DNA of 64,000 nucleotides from an uncultured bacterium (GCA_903916675.1 CAIWXQ010000016.1:18964-82963), one strand, 5' to 3'. Positions 16,863-24,989 are shown, counted from the stretch's first letter. Made by a program: numbers and translations. Notes: generated by a model not told the origin, from the letters alone.

Positions 16863-18334
16863 AACTTGCGGAACTGATCGATCGGAACGACGTGGTGGCC
16901 GCCACCTGTCCGTGGCAGACGGAGGTGGGCGGCGTGCAGTGCGACTCCCGGCGCATCCGCGCCGGCGAGCTGTTCGTGGCTGTGCCGGGCGCGACAGACG
17001 ACGGCGCGCGCCATGTTCCGGCGGCGCTGTCCCGCGGCGCCGTGGCGGTGGTGGCCGGCACGCCGCCGCCGGACGGCGCGCGCAACTGGGTGCAGGTGCG
17101 CGACGTCCGGCGCGTGCTGGCGCTGGCCGCCTGCACGCTGCACGGGCACCCCTCGCGCCGCCTGCAGGTCTACGGCCTCACCGGCACCAACGGCAAGACC
17201 ACCACCTGTTGGTTGACGCGCGATCTGCTCGCCGCCGGCGGCCGCAAGCCGGGGCTGATCTCGACGGTACAGTACGAGTACGCCGGCCGCGAAATCATGG
17301 CTTCGCGCACCACGCCTGACGCCTGCGAACTACAGGCGCTGCTGGCTTCCATGTGCACCGCCGGCTGCGACAGCGTCACCATGGAGGTCTCCTCGCACGC
17401 CATCGACCAGCAGCGCGTGGGCGGCATTCGCTTCGCCGCCGTCGCCTTTACCAACCTCTCGCGCGACCACCTCGACTACCACCACGACATGGAAAGCTAC
17501 TTCCGCGTGAAGGAGCGGTTTTTCATCCGTCAGGCGGAGGAGCATCCGGCTTCGCCCGCGATCCTCAACGCCGACGATCCCTACGGCCGGCGCCTCATCG
17601 GATCGCTCCCCGTGCGCGGGCTGGCGGTGACCACCTACGGGTTCGACACATCCGCCGAATTCTGCGCCACAGACGTGCAGCTTTCGGCAGAGGGGACGCG
17701 CTTCCTGCTGATCACGCCCGCGGGCCGCGCCGCGGTGCGCACGCACCTGCTGGGGCGCTTCAACGTTGCCAATCTGCTCTGCGCCACGGCGCTGGCCGCC
17801 AGGGCGGGCGTGTCATTCGACAAGATTGTCGGCGTGGTCGAGGCCGCGCAGTCGCGCTGGGGCCGCCTAGAGCGCGTGGCCGTGCCGCTTCCCGCGACCG
17901 TGTTCGTGGACTACGCCCACACCGACGATGCGCTCGACAAGGTGTTGACCACGTTGCGTGAGCTCACGCGCGGCCGCCTGATCGTCGTGTTTGGTTGCGG
18001 CGGCAACCGTGACCGCACCAAGCGCCCGATCATGGGGCGCGTAGCCGCGGCGCGTGCGGACCACGTCATCGTCACCTCGGACAACCCGCGCACCGAGGAC
18101 CCGCAGGCCATCATCGCGGAGATTACGGCCGGCATCCCGTCCGGGCGTCCGTACGAGACGATTCCGGACCGTCACGAGGCGATTCTCGCCGCGCTGCGGC
18201 AGGGGAAGGCGGGCGACGTCATCCTCATTGCCGGCAAGGGACACGAGACGACCCAGGAATTCGCCAACCGATCCATCCCCTTTGACGACCGCGAGCAGGT
18301 GCGGCAGCTGGCCGCACAGGCGGGGGCGTCATGA
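16859..18334 (+). CDS. murE: UDP-N-acetylmuramoyl-L-alanyl-D-glutamate--2,6-diaminopimelate ligase
   Basis: GLTGTNGKTTT P-loop, TSDNPRTEDP, GKGHE. ATGA overlap with the ftsI stop. Confidence 0.9.
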   Translation: MKLAELIDRNDVVAATCPWQTEVGGVQCDSRRIRAGELFVAVPGATDDGARHVPAALSRGAVAVVAGTPPPDGARNWVQVRDVRRVLALAACTLHGHPSRRLQVYGLTGTNGKTTTCWLTRDLLAAGGRKPGLISTVQYEYAGREIMASRTTPDACELQALLASMCTAGCDSVTMEVSSHAIDQQRVGGIRFAAVAFTNLSRDHLDYHHDMESYFRVKERFFIRQAEEHPASPAILNADDPYGRRLIGSLPVRGLAVTTYGFDTSAEFCATDVQLSAEGTRFLLITPAGRAAVRTHLLGRFNVANLLCATALAARAGVSFDKIVGVVEAAQSRWGRLERVAVPLPATVFVDYAHTDDALDKVLTTLRELTRGRLIVVFGCGGNRDRTKRPIMGRVAAARADHVIVTSDNPRTEDPQAIIAEITAGIPSGRPYETIPDRHEAILAALRQGKAGDVILIAGKGHETTQEFANRSIPFDDREQVRQLAAQAGAS

Positions 18335-18924
18335 AGCTGCTGATCGCCACGCGCAATCGCCACAAGCTTGCGGAAATCCGTGCGATTCTGGCTGTGCCCG
18401 GATGGGAACTGGTCGGCGCGGACGAGGTGCCGGGGCTGCCGGAAGTGGAAGAGGATGCGCCCACGTTCGAGGGGAACGCCAGCAAGAAGGCGCGCACGCT
18501 GGCGCTGGCGGGCCGCTGCTGGGCGTTGGCGGACGACTCCGGCCTGGAGGTCGATGCATTACATGGCGCGCCGGGCGTGACCTCCGCGCGTTACGCCGGC
18601 CCGCAGGCCGACACGCCGGCCAACAACGCCAAACTGCTGGCCGCGTTGCAGGGTGTGACCGACCGCCGCGCGCGTTTCCGCTGCGTGCTGGCGCTGGCTG
18701 CGCCGGACGGCCGCGTGCGCACCGTGGATGGCCGTTGCGAGGGAAGAATTCTCGCGGCGCCGCGCGGCGCCCAGGGCTTTGGCTACGATCCGCTTTTTGT
18801 TCCCGATGGCCGCGAGCAGACCTTTGCCGAGCTGCCGCCGGAAGTCAAAAACCGCATCTCCCACCGTGCCCGGGCGCTTCAGCGCGCCATGCAGGAGTGG
18901 GGCGAGATCCTTTCAAAAAGATAA
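18331..18924 (+). CDS. rdgB: non-canonical purine NTP pyrophosphatase (RdgB/HAM1 family)
   Basis: ATRNRHKLAEI, DDSGLEVDAL, GFGYDPLF, KNRISHR. ATGA overlap with murE. Confidence 0.85.
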   Translation: MKLLIATRNRHKLAEIRAILAVPGWELVGADEVPGLPEVEEDAPTFEGNASKKARTLALAGRCWALADDSGLEVDALHGAPGVTSARYAGPQADTPANNAKLLAALQGVTDRRARFRCVLALAAPDGRVRTVDGRCEGRILAAPRGAQGFGYDPLFVPDGREQTFAELPPEVKNRISHRARALQRAMQEWGEILSKR

Positions 18925-18931
18925 GAGGGCG

Positions 18932-18954
18932 GGTTCACGGTTCAGCGGTTCACC
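18932..18954. repeat. CGGTTCA heptamer repeat
   Basis: GGTTCACGGTTCAGCGGTTCACC just after the rdgB stop. An inverted copy lies at 51106-51130. Confidence 0.7.
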
Positions 18955-19018
18955 CGACTTCGCTAAGGCTACGTCGGGCAAGCGGTTCAGTGGTTGGGGA
19001 AAAGACATCGGCGGTTGG

Positions 19019-19123
19019 CGAGAAATCGAAATCGCTATCGGGATCGAAACATGCCGGTTGGGGGCGGTGGATCAGCGAATTCAGCACCAGCCGTCGACCC
19101 CGATACCGACACCGACCCCGATG
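19019..19123. repeat. hexamer-phased inverted pair with about 44-nt spacer
   Basis: GAGAAATCGAAATCGCTATCGGGATCGAAA (19019-19048) versus TCGACCCCGATACCGACACCGACCCCGATGC (19093-19123). Confidence 0.7.
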
Positions 19124-19181
19124 CTAGAGCCATCGGATGATCACCCACATGTGCAACTGTCGGTAACCCAAGCCGACAGCC

Positions 19182-19472
19182 TTACATCTTGTCGTCGAAC
19201 ACGAAGACGAGCTCGTTGGGGAAGACGCGCCGTTGCTGATGGGCGATGCGGGCGACGAACTCGGGGTCGGAGATCAGGCGGCCCTGGTTTTCGCGGATTT
19301 GGTGGATCTCACGCTGCTTGGTCTCGATGCGCCCTCGCCAGCTGCGGCAGCAGTTGTCGAGGCGATTCATGTGGCGGTACTTGTCCAGAAACACGCCGGA
19401 CGTCACGCACGCCGTCACCAAGATGACGACGGCGATCACAATGCGCAGAACGATCCGGAACAACGGTTGCAC
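19182..19472 (-). CDS. septum formation initiator family protein (FtsB/DivIC-like)
   Basis: 96 aa with a GTG start preceded by GAGGTGG. Single TM (IVLRIVIAVVILVTACV), then a coiled coil, with a C-terminal DPEFVARIAHQQRRVFPNELVFVF typical of FtsB. Confidence 0.7.
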   Translation of the reverse strand: MQPLFRIVLRIVIAVVILVTACVTSGVFLDKYRHMNRLDNCCRSWRGRIETKQREIHQIRENQGRLISDPEFVARIAHQQRRVFPNELVFVFDDKM

Positions 19473-19599
19473 GTACCACCTCGCGGGAAAACCCCGGTTC
19501 TGCGGATGATTTAACTGCGTTTCTGCAGGGTCGTCAACAGGGAAATTCCGCGCACGTTCCCGCTTGGCCTTTGGCCGCCGCGTCCGCTATTCTGCCAGC

Positions 19600-20178
19600 A
19601 TGCGTCGTAACATCCGCCACCTGTTCGCGTTCCTGCCCGCCTTTTTTCCGCTGCTGACCCTTGCCGCCACCAACCGCCCGGACCGCATCGAGCTGCGCCT
19701 CGACAGCGAGGTGGTGCGCATTGCGCCCGGTGCCAATGAATCAGCCGCCTCCGGCAGCTATGACGTGCGCATCTACAGCCTCACCAACGGCAATGAACTG
19801 CTCTTCGTGGATGGCCTTGTGCTGCCGCGCGAGGGGACGATCAAGAAGGCCTGGTACTGCGACCTCAATAACGACGGCCAGCCCGAGCTGGCAGTCTGGA
19901 TCGCCTCCACGGACGGCGAGGCGCGCGGGCAGTTCGACCTCCTCTATTGGGCCGAGAGCAACCGTTTGGAACGCGCCGAGATGCCCGAAATCCCCAACGC
20001 CTGGCTGCGCGGCTATCGCGGACACGATTCCTTCCGCATCGAGAACGGCCTCCTTCTGCGCGCATTCCCCGTCTTTCGCGAGCGCGACCCGGCCGACAAC
20101 CACACCGGCGGCGGCCGCACACTCAAGCTGATCTACGAGAAGGACCGCTGGATGTGGCGGCTGCACGCGGTGAAGTAG
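19600..20178 (+). CDS. hypothetical secreted protein
   Basis: 192 aa from MRRNIRHLFAFLPAFFPLLTLAA (signal-peptide-like). Contains DLNNDGQPEL (FG-GAP/VCBS-like acidic loop). Family not recognised. Confidence 0.6.
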   Translation: MRRNIRHLFAFLPAFFPLLTLAATNRPDRIELRLDSEVVRIAPGANESAASGSYDVRIYSLTNGNELLFVDGLVLPREGTIKKAWYCDLNNDGQPELAVWIASTDGEARGQFDLLYWAESNRLERAEMPEIPNAWLRGYRGHDSFRIENGLLLRAFPVFRERDPADNHTGGGRTLKLIYEKDRWMWRLHAVK

Positions 20179-20254
20179 GGGGGCGGGGAAGAATTCAGAA
20201 TTCAGAATGACTCCTGCGGCAGAGGCTTGTACTAGCGGGTGCCCGGTTTTTGGG

Positions 20255-20306
20255 GTAGGGACGGTTCTCCGAACCGTCCGCGGACGCCTCGGAGAGGCGT
20301 CCCTAC
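20255..20306. repeat. two tandem 21-nt hairpins (GGACG-N11-CGTCC) closed by GTAG/CTAC
   Basis: GGACGGTTC-TCC-GAACCGTCC (20259-20279) and GGACGCCTC-GGA-GAGGCGTCC (20282-20302), flanked by GTAG (20255-20258) and CTAC (20303-20306). Confidence 0.75.
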
Positions 20307-20543
20307 CGATTGGGTCGAGTTGCTCATATGCGCAAGACTCAATCATTGTCGTGGTGCAAGCATCCCGCCTGCCCACTCCGTAAATCTACATGCCCGCACC
20401 CCGCTCAGAAGCCGCTTCCCGCCGCGCATCGGTCTGCTACAATCGCGCCATTCCCGGCGGGATGAAGCTGGCCTTTCGGCCGCTCATCCCACCAGAAACC
20501 GGGTGGATGGTGGCGCATAACCAATAAGTTGGGGTACACGAAA

Positions 20544-20885
20544 ATGGAATGGGACGAACATCTCCGGACATTGGCAACCGAATGCCGCCAGAAGGAATGG
20601 CGGCATGAGAAGTGGAGGCCAAGCCCTGCCTTGGTAGAGAAGAAGCAAGGCGGCATGGCGAAGAAATACGACGGTCATGCATATGATTCGGGCAGATTCG
20701 ATTTGGTCGAAGACGGATGGGATCACGATCATTGCATGCTTTGCAATCAAACCATTAGTGATTGCGGCGGCGAGAATTGCAGTCCGGAAGGTTTCACGGA
20801 CGGATACAACTGGCTCTGCGGGGCCTGTCACCAGAGAACCATCGTGAACAAAGAGGACCCAACCAAGCCTCGCACCGTACCGTGA
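20544..20885 (+). CDS. hypothetical Cys/His-rich (putative zinc-binding) protein
   Basis: 113 aa from ATG 20544 (the track starts at TTG 20529). Motif DGWDHDHCMLC followed by CGGENC and CGAC. Visibly AT-richer than the flanks. Confidence 0.55.
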   Translation: MEWDEHLRTLATECRQKEWRHEKWRPSPALVEKKQGGMAKKYDGHAYDSGRFDLVEDGWDHDHCMLCNQTISDCGGENCSPEGFTDGYNWLCGACHQRTIVNKEDPTKPRTVP

Positions 20886-20906
20886 ACCCTGGCGGTTTTA
20901 CGTCCG

Positions 20907-22547
20907 GTGAAGGCTGCCGCAAAAATGAGCAGCACCTCCATCCTCCTCGTCTCCATCAACGCCCGCTACGGGCATTGCGCGTTTGCGGCGCGGTCGCTGA
21001 AAGCGAATCTGGGGGCGTTGCGCGACGCGGCGGAGATTCTGGAAACAGACCTCGACGCGCAGCCATTCCAACTCGCCTCGGAGATTGCCGGCCGCCAGCC
21101 GCGGGTGGCCGGGTTTTCGGTCTACCTCTGGAACGTCCGGATCGTGCGCGAGACGCTGGCGATTCTGCGGCAGGTGGCGCCCGGGATCCGCATCGTGCTG
21201 GGCGGCCCCGAGATCGTGGAAGGGTGCGAGGCCGATTGGAGCGCTCTGGCGGATGATTTGGTCGTGGGCGAGGGGGAAACGGCATTCCGGGGGATCTGCG
21301 AGTACGCCCTGGCTTCATCGGGGTCGGTGTCGGAATCGGTATCGGGGTCGAATTCGATGCCGATCCCAACGCTTGTGCGCTCCCCCCATGTAATCCCCCC
21401 CCCACCCGAGAACCTTTCACAACTCGCTCTTCCCTACGACCTCTACACCGACATCGATCTGGCGCACCGCACGATCTTTGTCGAAGCCTCGCGCGGTTGT
21501 CCGTTCTGCTGCGCGTATTGCACCTCCTGCGACACGGGGCTGCGCCTGATCCCGCTGGCGCGCCTGCTGCCGGCGCTGGAGCAGTTGCTGGCGCGCGGCG
21601 TGCGCGCCTTCCGTTTTCTCGACCGCAGCCTCAACGCGAGTGAGGAACAGGCCTGCGGTCTGCTCGACTTCTTCCTTGCCCGCGCATGTGGAGAAAACGG
21701 CTCGCGAGGACGCTCGCCCTCCATCCCGGTTGCCAACGGAGTGCTTTCAAATGGAGGGCGAGCGTCCTCGCGAGCCGCAGTAAATGAGACGCTGCCCCTT
21801 GTAATGCATCGCCACCCCGCGCGGCTGCAGTTGCATTTCGAGATCATGCCGTGTCGCCTGGGCGCGCCCCTGCGCCAGCGGCTGGCAGCATTCCCGGCCG
21901 GTGCGCTGCACCTCGAGGTTGGCGTGCAGACGCTCAACGAGGCAGCCGCGCGCGCGGTCGGCCGCACCGTACCTAACACCGTCGTGCTCGAAACGCTGCG
22001 CTTTCTGGCGCAGGAGACACACGCCACAGTGCATGCGGACCTGATCTTCGGCCTGCCGGGCGAGGACGAGGCTTCCTTTGCCGCAGGGTTTGACCGGCTT
22101 GTGCGCGAGTTTGATTTTCCGGAGCTGCAGGTGAACCTCCTGAAGCGCCTCCCCGGTACGCCGCTGGCGCGCGAGGCGCGCGTTGCCGGGTTGGCGTTCA
22201 ACCCGCACCCACCATACGAACTGCTGGTTGGCGATGCGCTCGATTTCGCGACCATCTGCCGGTTGCAGCGATTTGCGCGCTGCTGGGAACTGATCCACAA
22301 CCGCGGCCGCTTCCCGCCCGCCGCACGGCTCCTCTGGCAGGCAGGCGATGGCTCGCCGTTTCAGCGCTACGCAGCTCTGGCGGAGCGCATCCACGCTGCC
22401 GAGGGACGCCTCCACGCGCTGGGCGCGGAACGCCTGGCCGGGCATGTGGCGGAATTTCTGGTGTCGGAATGCGGCCTGTCTGCCGAAGAAGCGCAAACGG
22501 CAATCCTGGGAGCGCGGGCGTCCCGCCCGCAAGAAATACACGGCTGA
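20907..22547 (+). CDS. B12-binding-domain radical SAM protein (DUF4080-type by recall)
   Basis: N-terminal SILLVSINARYGHCAFAARSLKANL resembles the LNAKYIHSSLALRYL start of that class. CX3CX2C cluster in RGCPFCCAYC. GTG 20907 or ATG 20925. Carries two in-frame repeat insertions. Confidence 0.75.
   Translation: MKAAAKMSSTSILLVSINARYGHCAFAARSLKANLGALRDAAEILETDLDAQPFQLASEIAGRQPRVAGFSVYLWNVRIVRETLAILRQVAPGIRIVLGGPEIVEGCEADWSALADDLVVGEGETAFRGICEYALASSGSVSESVSGSNSMPIPTLVRSPHVIPPPPENLSQLALPYDLYTDIDLAHRTIFVEASRGCPFCCAYCTSCDTGLRLIPLARLLPALEQLLARGVRAFRFLDRSLNASEEQACGLLDFFLARACGENGSRGRSPSIPVANGVLSNGGRASSRAAVNETLPLVMHRHPARLQLHFEIMPCRLGAPLRQRLAAFPAGALHLEVGVQTLNEAAARAVGRTVPNTVVLETLRFLAQETHATVHADLIFGLPGEDEASFAAGFDRLVREFDFPELQVNLLKRLPGTPLAREARVAGLAFNPHPPYELLVGDALDFATICRLQRFARCWELIHNRGRFPPAARLLWQAGDGSPFQRYAALAERIHAAEGRLHALGAERLAGHVAEFLVSECGLSAEEAQTAILGARASRPQEIHG
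21318..21367. repeat. hexamer-phased repeat inside the radical SAM CDS, in frame
   Basis: TCGGGGTCGGTGTCGGAATCGGTATCGGGGTCG + AATTC + GATGCCGATCCC. Codon-aligned and translates as SGSVSESVSGSNSMPIP. Confidence 0.8.
21699..21776. repeat. perfect 25-bp inverted repeat with 28-nt loop inside the radical SAM CDS, in frame (78 nt = 26 codons)
   Basis: GGCTCGCGAGGACGCTCGCCCTCCA (21699-21723) and TGGAGGGCGAGCGTCCTCGCGAGCC (21752-21776). Starts on a codon boundary and translates as GSRGRSPSIPVANGVLSNGGRASSRA. Confidence 0.9.
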
Positions 22548-22583
22548 TTTCCGTATCAGCGAGCGAGACGCCCGCGCTCCCAG
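22505..22583. repeat. CTGGGAGCGCGGGCGTCCCGCCCGC-family inverted repeat
   Basis: Left arm 22505-22530, right arm GCGAGCGAGACGCCCGCGCTCCCAG at 22559-22583, about 22 of 25 complementary. The radical SAM stop codon (22545-22547) lies in the loop. Confidence 0.8.
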
Positions 22584-22627
22584 AGGGTGCACCTATTGAA
22601 ATTTCGCAAAAAAAGTGACAATCGCAG

Positions 22628-22701
22628 CGGGGTCGGCGTCGGTATCGGTATCGGGGTCGGATATACAATCGATACCGATTCCGATAGCGATCCCGACCCC
22701 G
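22628..22701. repeat. hexamer-phased imperfect hairpin
   Basis: CGGGGTCGGCGTCGGTATCGGTATCGGGGTCGG, loop ATATACA, then ATCGATACCGATTCCGATAGCGATCCCGACCCCG. Confidence 0.8.
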
Positions 22702-22808
22702 AAAAACTTCCCACGGCTCTTGGAGGAACCCGTCTTGTCACTCTTTCTGTGAACGATCAATAATCGCCGCCGCCCCGGTTGCTTTCTGGCACGCCTTCTG
22801 GCACGATC

Positions 22809-23141
22809 ATGGAAATGGCAGAGTGGATCGACATCCGCAAGGATCCGGCGCACGTGGCACGGGAGCGGGCCCAGGCGCGTGAGTTGCGGCAGACCGACTG
22901 GTGGCGCGCGCAAGTGCAGCGCGGCGTCTGCCACTACTGCGGTCAGCAAATACCGCCGGAGCAGCTCACCATGGACCACGTTGTGCCTGTGGCGCGCGGC
23001 GGCCGCAGCACCCGTGGGAATGTGGTCCCAGCCTGCCCTGCCTGCAACAAGACCAAGAAGGCGCTGACGCCGGCCGAGCAGATCCTGGCGGAGCTGGAGC
23101 AGGCAGGTGGATTCGGACCAGAAGGGGGATCGACACCATGA
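22809..23141 (+). CDS. HNH endonuclease
   Basis: 110 aa from MEMAEW. CHYCG..MDHVVPVARGG..GNVVPACPACNKTK (HNH with two CxxC pairs). Its stop overlaps the next ATG (ATGA). Confidence 0.8.
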   Translation: MEMAEWIDIRKDPAHVARERAQARELRQTDWWRAQVQRGVCHYCGQQIPPEQLTMDHVVPVARGGRSTRGNVVPACPACNKTKKALTPAEQILAELEQAGGFGPEGGSTP

Positions 23142-24373
23142 CTTCTCGCGAACGTGTCGAAAAGACGGTCAACCGGCAGAAGGCTGACCGCATCCCGATC
23201 GACCTGGGCGGTATGAAGGCCTCGGGAATCGCGGCCAGCGCCTATCACCGCGTCAAGCAACGGCTCGGCATCCAGACGCCGACGCGCGTGGCCGACGCGC
23301 GGTTCATGATCGCGGAGATCGAGAATGAAGTACGCGAGCGCCTGCATCTGGACGTGGCGTCGCTCGACTGGTCCACTGCCTTCAATGCCCTGCAGCCCGC
23401 GCGCGCCTGGACGCCCCGGACGCTGTTCGACGGCACGCCCGTGCTGATTCCGCCCGACACGCGCATCGGCGAGGACAAGGAGGGGAACTGGGTACTGCTC
23501 AAGCCCGACGGAACGCCCACCTCGTTTCGCATGCCGCGCAACGGGTTCTACTTCGACGATTGTTCCTTCGACGAGGCTGGCGGTATCGACCCGACCAAGT
23601 TCACGCCGATCTCGGACCTGCCGGACGAGCAGCTCGCCCAGTTTGCGCATTACGCCAGACAGATGCGCGGAACCACGGACTACGCGCTGCTGGGGTGGGG
23701 GTTTGGCGTCTGCTTCCTGGGGATGAGCCTCATCACCAACCGCAGCGACAACGTCACGCTGGGTAAGCCCAGTGAGTGGATGGTCATGCTCATGACCGAG
23801 AAGGAGACCTGCCACGAGATGATGAACCGCTCGGTCGAGGCCAGCATCAAGTGCCTCAGCCAGATCCATCAGGCCATTGGTGACACCTGCTTTGCGTGGG
23901 GGGTTGCAGCGGACGACAGTGGCACGCAGCGCGGCGAGTTCATCGCGCCCGAGCTCTGGGCCGAGATGATTCTGCCGCACTACCGGAAGCTGTGCGACTG
24001 GATCCACCAGCATACAAAGATGAAGACCTTCTTCCACTCATGCGGTTCGGTCTACAATCTGCTCCCGCACTTTGTCGAGGCTGGCATCGACATCCTCAAC
24101 CCCGTGCAGATCTCTGCCGCGCGCATGGAGCCCGCGCGCCTGAAGCGGGAGTTCGGCGACAAGCTCATTTTCTGGGGCGGCGGCTGCGACACCCAGAGCG
24201 TGCTGCCGCGCGGAACGCCGGACGAGGTGCGCGAGCACGTGCGCCGGAACATCGAGGTTTTTGGCCTGGGCGGCGGCTATGTCTTCAACCAGGTCCACAA
24301 CATCCAAGCCAACGTGTCGCCGGACAATATCCTGGCCATGTTCGAAACCGCCTATGCCCACGGCAAGCGGTAG
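23138..24373 (+). CDS. uroporphyrinogen decarboxylase (URO-D) family protein, MtaA/methyltransferase-like
   Basis: 411 aa from MTSRERVEKTVNRQKADRIPIDLGG. C-terminal GIDILNPVQ and FGLGGGYVFNQVHNIQANV are typical of URO-D-fold proteins. Exact function not recognisable. Confidence 0.7.
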   Translation: MTSRERVEKTVNRQKADRIPIDLGGMKASGIAASAYHRVKQRLGIQTPTRVADARFMIAEIENEVRERLHLDVASLDWSTAFNALQPARAWTPRTLFDGTPVLIPPDTRIGEDKEGNWVLLKPDGTPTSFRMPRNGFYFDDCSFDEAGGIDPTKFTPISDLPDEQLAQFAHYARQMRGTTDYALLGWGFGVCFLGMSLITNRSDNVTLGKPSEWMVMLMTEKETCHEMMNRSVEASIKCLSQIHQAIGDTCFAWGVAADDSGTQRGEFIAPELWAEMILPHYRKLCDWIHQHTKMKTFFHSCGSVYNLLPHFVEAGIDILNPVQISAARMEPARLKREFGDKLIFWGGGCDTQSVLPRGTPDEVREHVRRNIEVFGLGGGYVFNQVHNIQANVSPDNILAMFETAYAHGKR

Positions 24374-24383
24374 AGATGATGAA

Positions 24384-24513
24384 GGACACAGAGGGCACAG
24401 AGAGCGATTGAGGGCACGGAGGATTTCTTGTGGCCGCAGCCTCTGCTGCGGCAATCCGATCAAGCAGAGAAACCCCTCTGTGTGCTCAGGCCCCCTCTGT
24501 GATCTCTGTGTCC
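24384..24513. repeat. CACAGAGG-rich inverted pair between convergent genes (terminator-like composite hairpin)
   Basis: GGACACAGAGGGCACAGAGAGCGATTGAGGGCACGGAGG (24384-24422) versus CCCCTCTGTGTGCTCAGGCCCCCTCTGTGATCTCTGTGTCC (24473-24513). The loop contains the GCCGCAGC-CTCT-GCTGCGGC hairpin. Confidence 0.75.
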
Positions 24514-24523
24514 TGCCCGCTTC

Positions 24524-24979
24524 CTATCTTGCCACCGACACCTTGATCACGACCTTGCGCACGTGCGCGGGTGCGCCGGCGGTGCGGCCGGGCATGTGGG
24601 CGTCGTGCGGGAAGAAGGCCACGAACTGACCCTGCTGCACACGGATGGGTTCTGCCGCTCCATCCAGGAAGGCAATGTCCTTGTCGCGGTCGTACGGCGT
24701 GCGCACAGGCTGGTCGGCCATCGGCGCGTAGCCGATCAACTCCTCACCTTTGATCAGATACTGGATATCGATATAACGCTGGTGCACTTCCAGCAACCCG
24801 TCCGCCAGCGGCTTGGTGTCGTACGACTGCACAAGGGCGTAGATGCGGTCGCCGTCGATCGCATAGCGCCCTTCGGAGATGGTTGCGAGGTCGGTCTTTC
24901 GCAGGAAGTAAAACGCTGAATTGAAGCCCGGGTGCAGCTTCTCATAGGCGGTGGAATGGGAGAGTAGGTCGAGGATCAT
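24524..24979 (-). CDS. YhcH/YjgK/YiaL (DUF386) family protein
   Basis: 151 aa from MILDLLSH. Motifs HQRYIDIQYLIKGEE and FFPHDAHMP. The upstream part of the track ORF is repeat-derived. Confidence 0.75.
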   Translation of the reverse strand: MILDLLSHSTAYEKLHPGFNSAFYFLRKTDLATISEGRYAIDGDRIYALVQSYDTKPLADGLLEVHQRYIDIQYLIKGEELIGYAPMADQPVRTPYDRDKDIAFLDGAAEPIRVQQGQFVAFFPHDAHMPGRTAGAPAHVRKVVIKVSVAR

Positions 24980-24989
24980 GGGGAACACT

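Noticed and set aside
20307-20543. Possible structured RNA or riboswitch in the 240-nt gap upstream of the Cys/His-rich ORF (local helices GGGATGA..TCATCCC and CCACC..GGTGG, plus a TACAAT -10-like hexamer).
   Set aside because: The helices are short, there is no matching -35, and the region does not resemble any RNA family I can recall. The evidence is insufficient.
22628-22701. Whether the hexamer-phased arrays could be CRISPR repeats.
   Set aside because: The units are 6 nt with no spacers of unique sequence, the arrays are only about 30 nt per arm, and no cas genes are present. They are short tandem or inverted repeats, not a CRISPR array.
22784-22805. Tandem TTCTGGCACG repeats upstream of the HNH gene as a sigma-54 promoter (TGGCAC-N5-TTGCA).
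   Set aside because: The second element reads CTGGCA, placing GG rather than GC at the -12 position, so the GG-N10-GC spacing rule is not met. Kept only as a remark in a finding.
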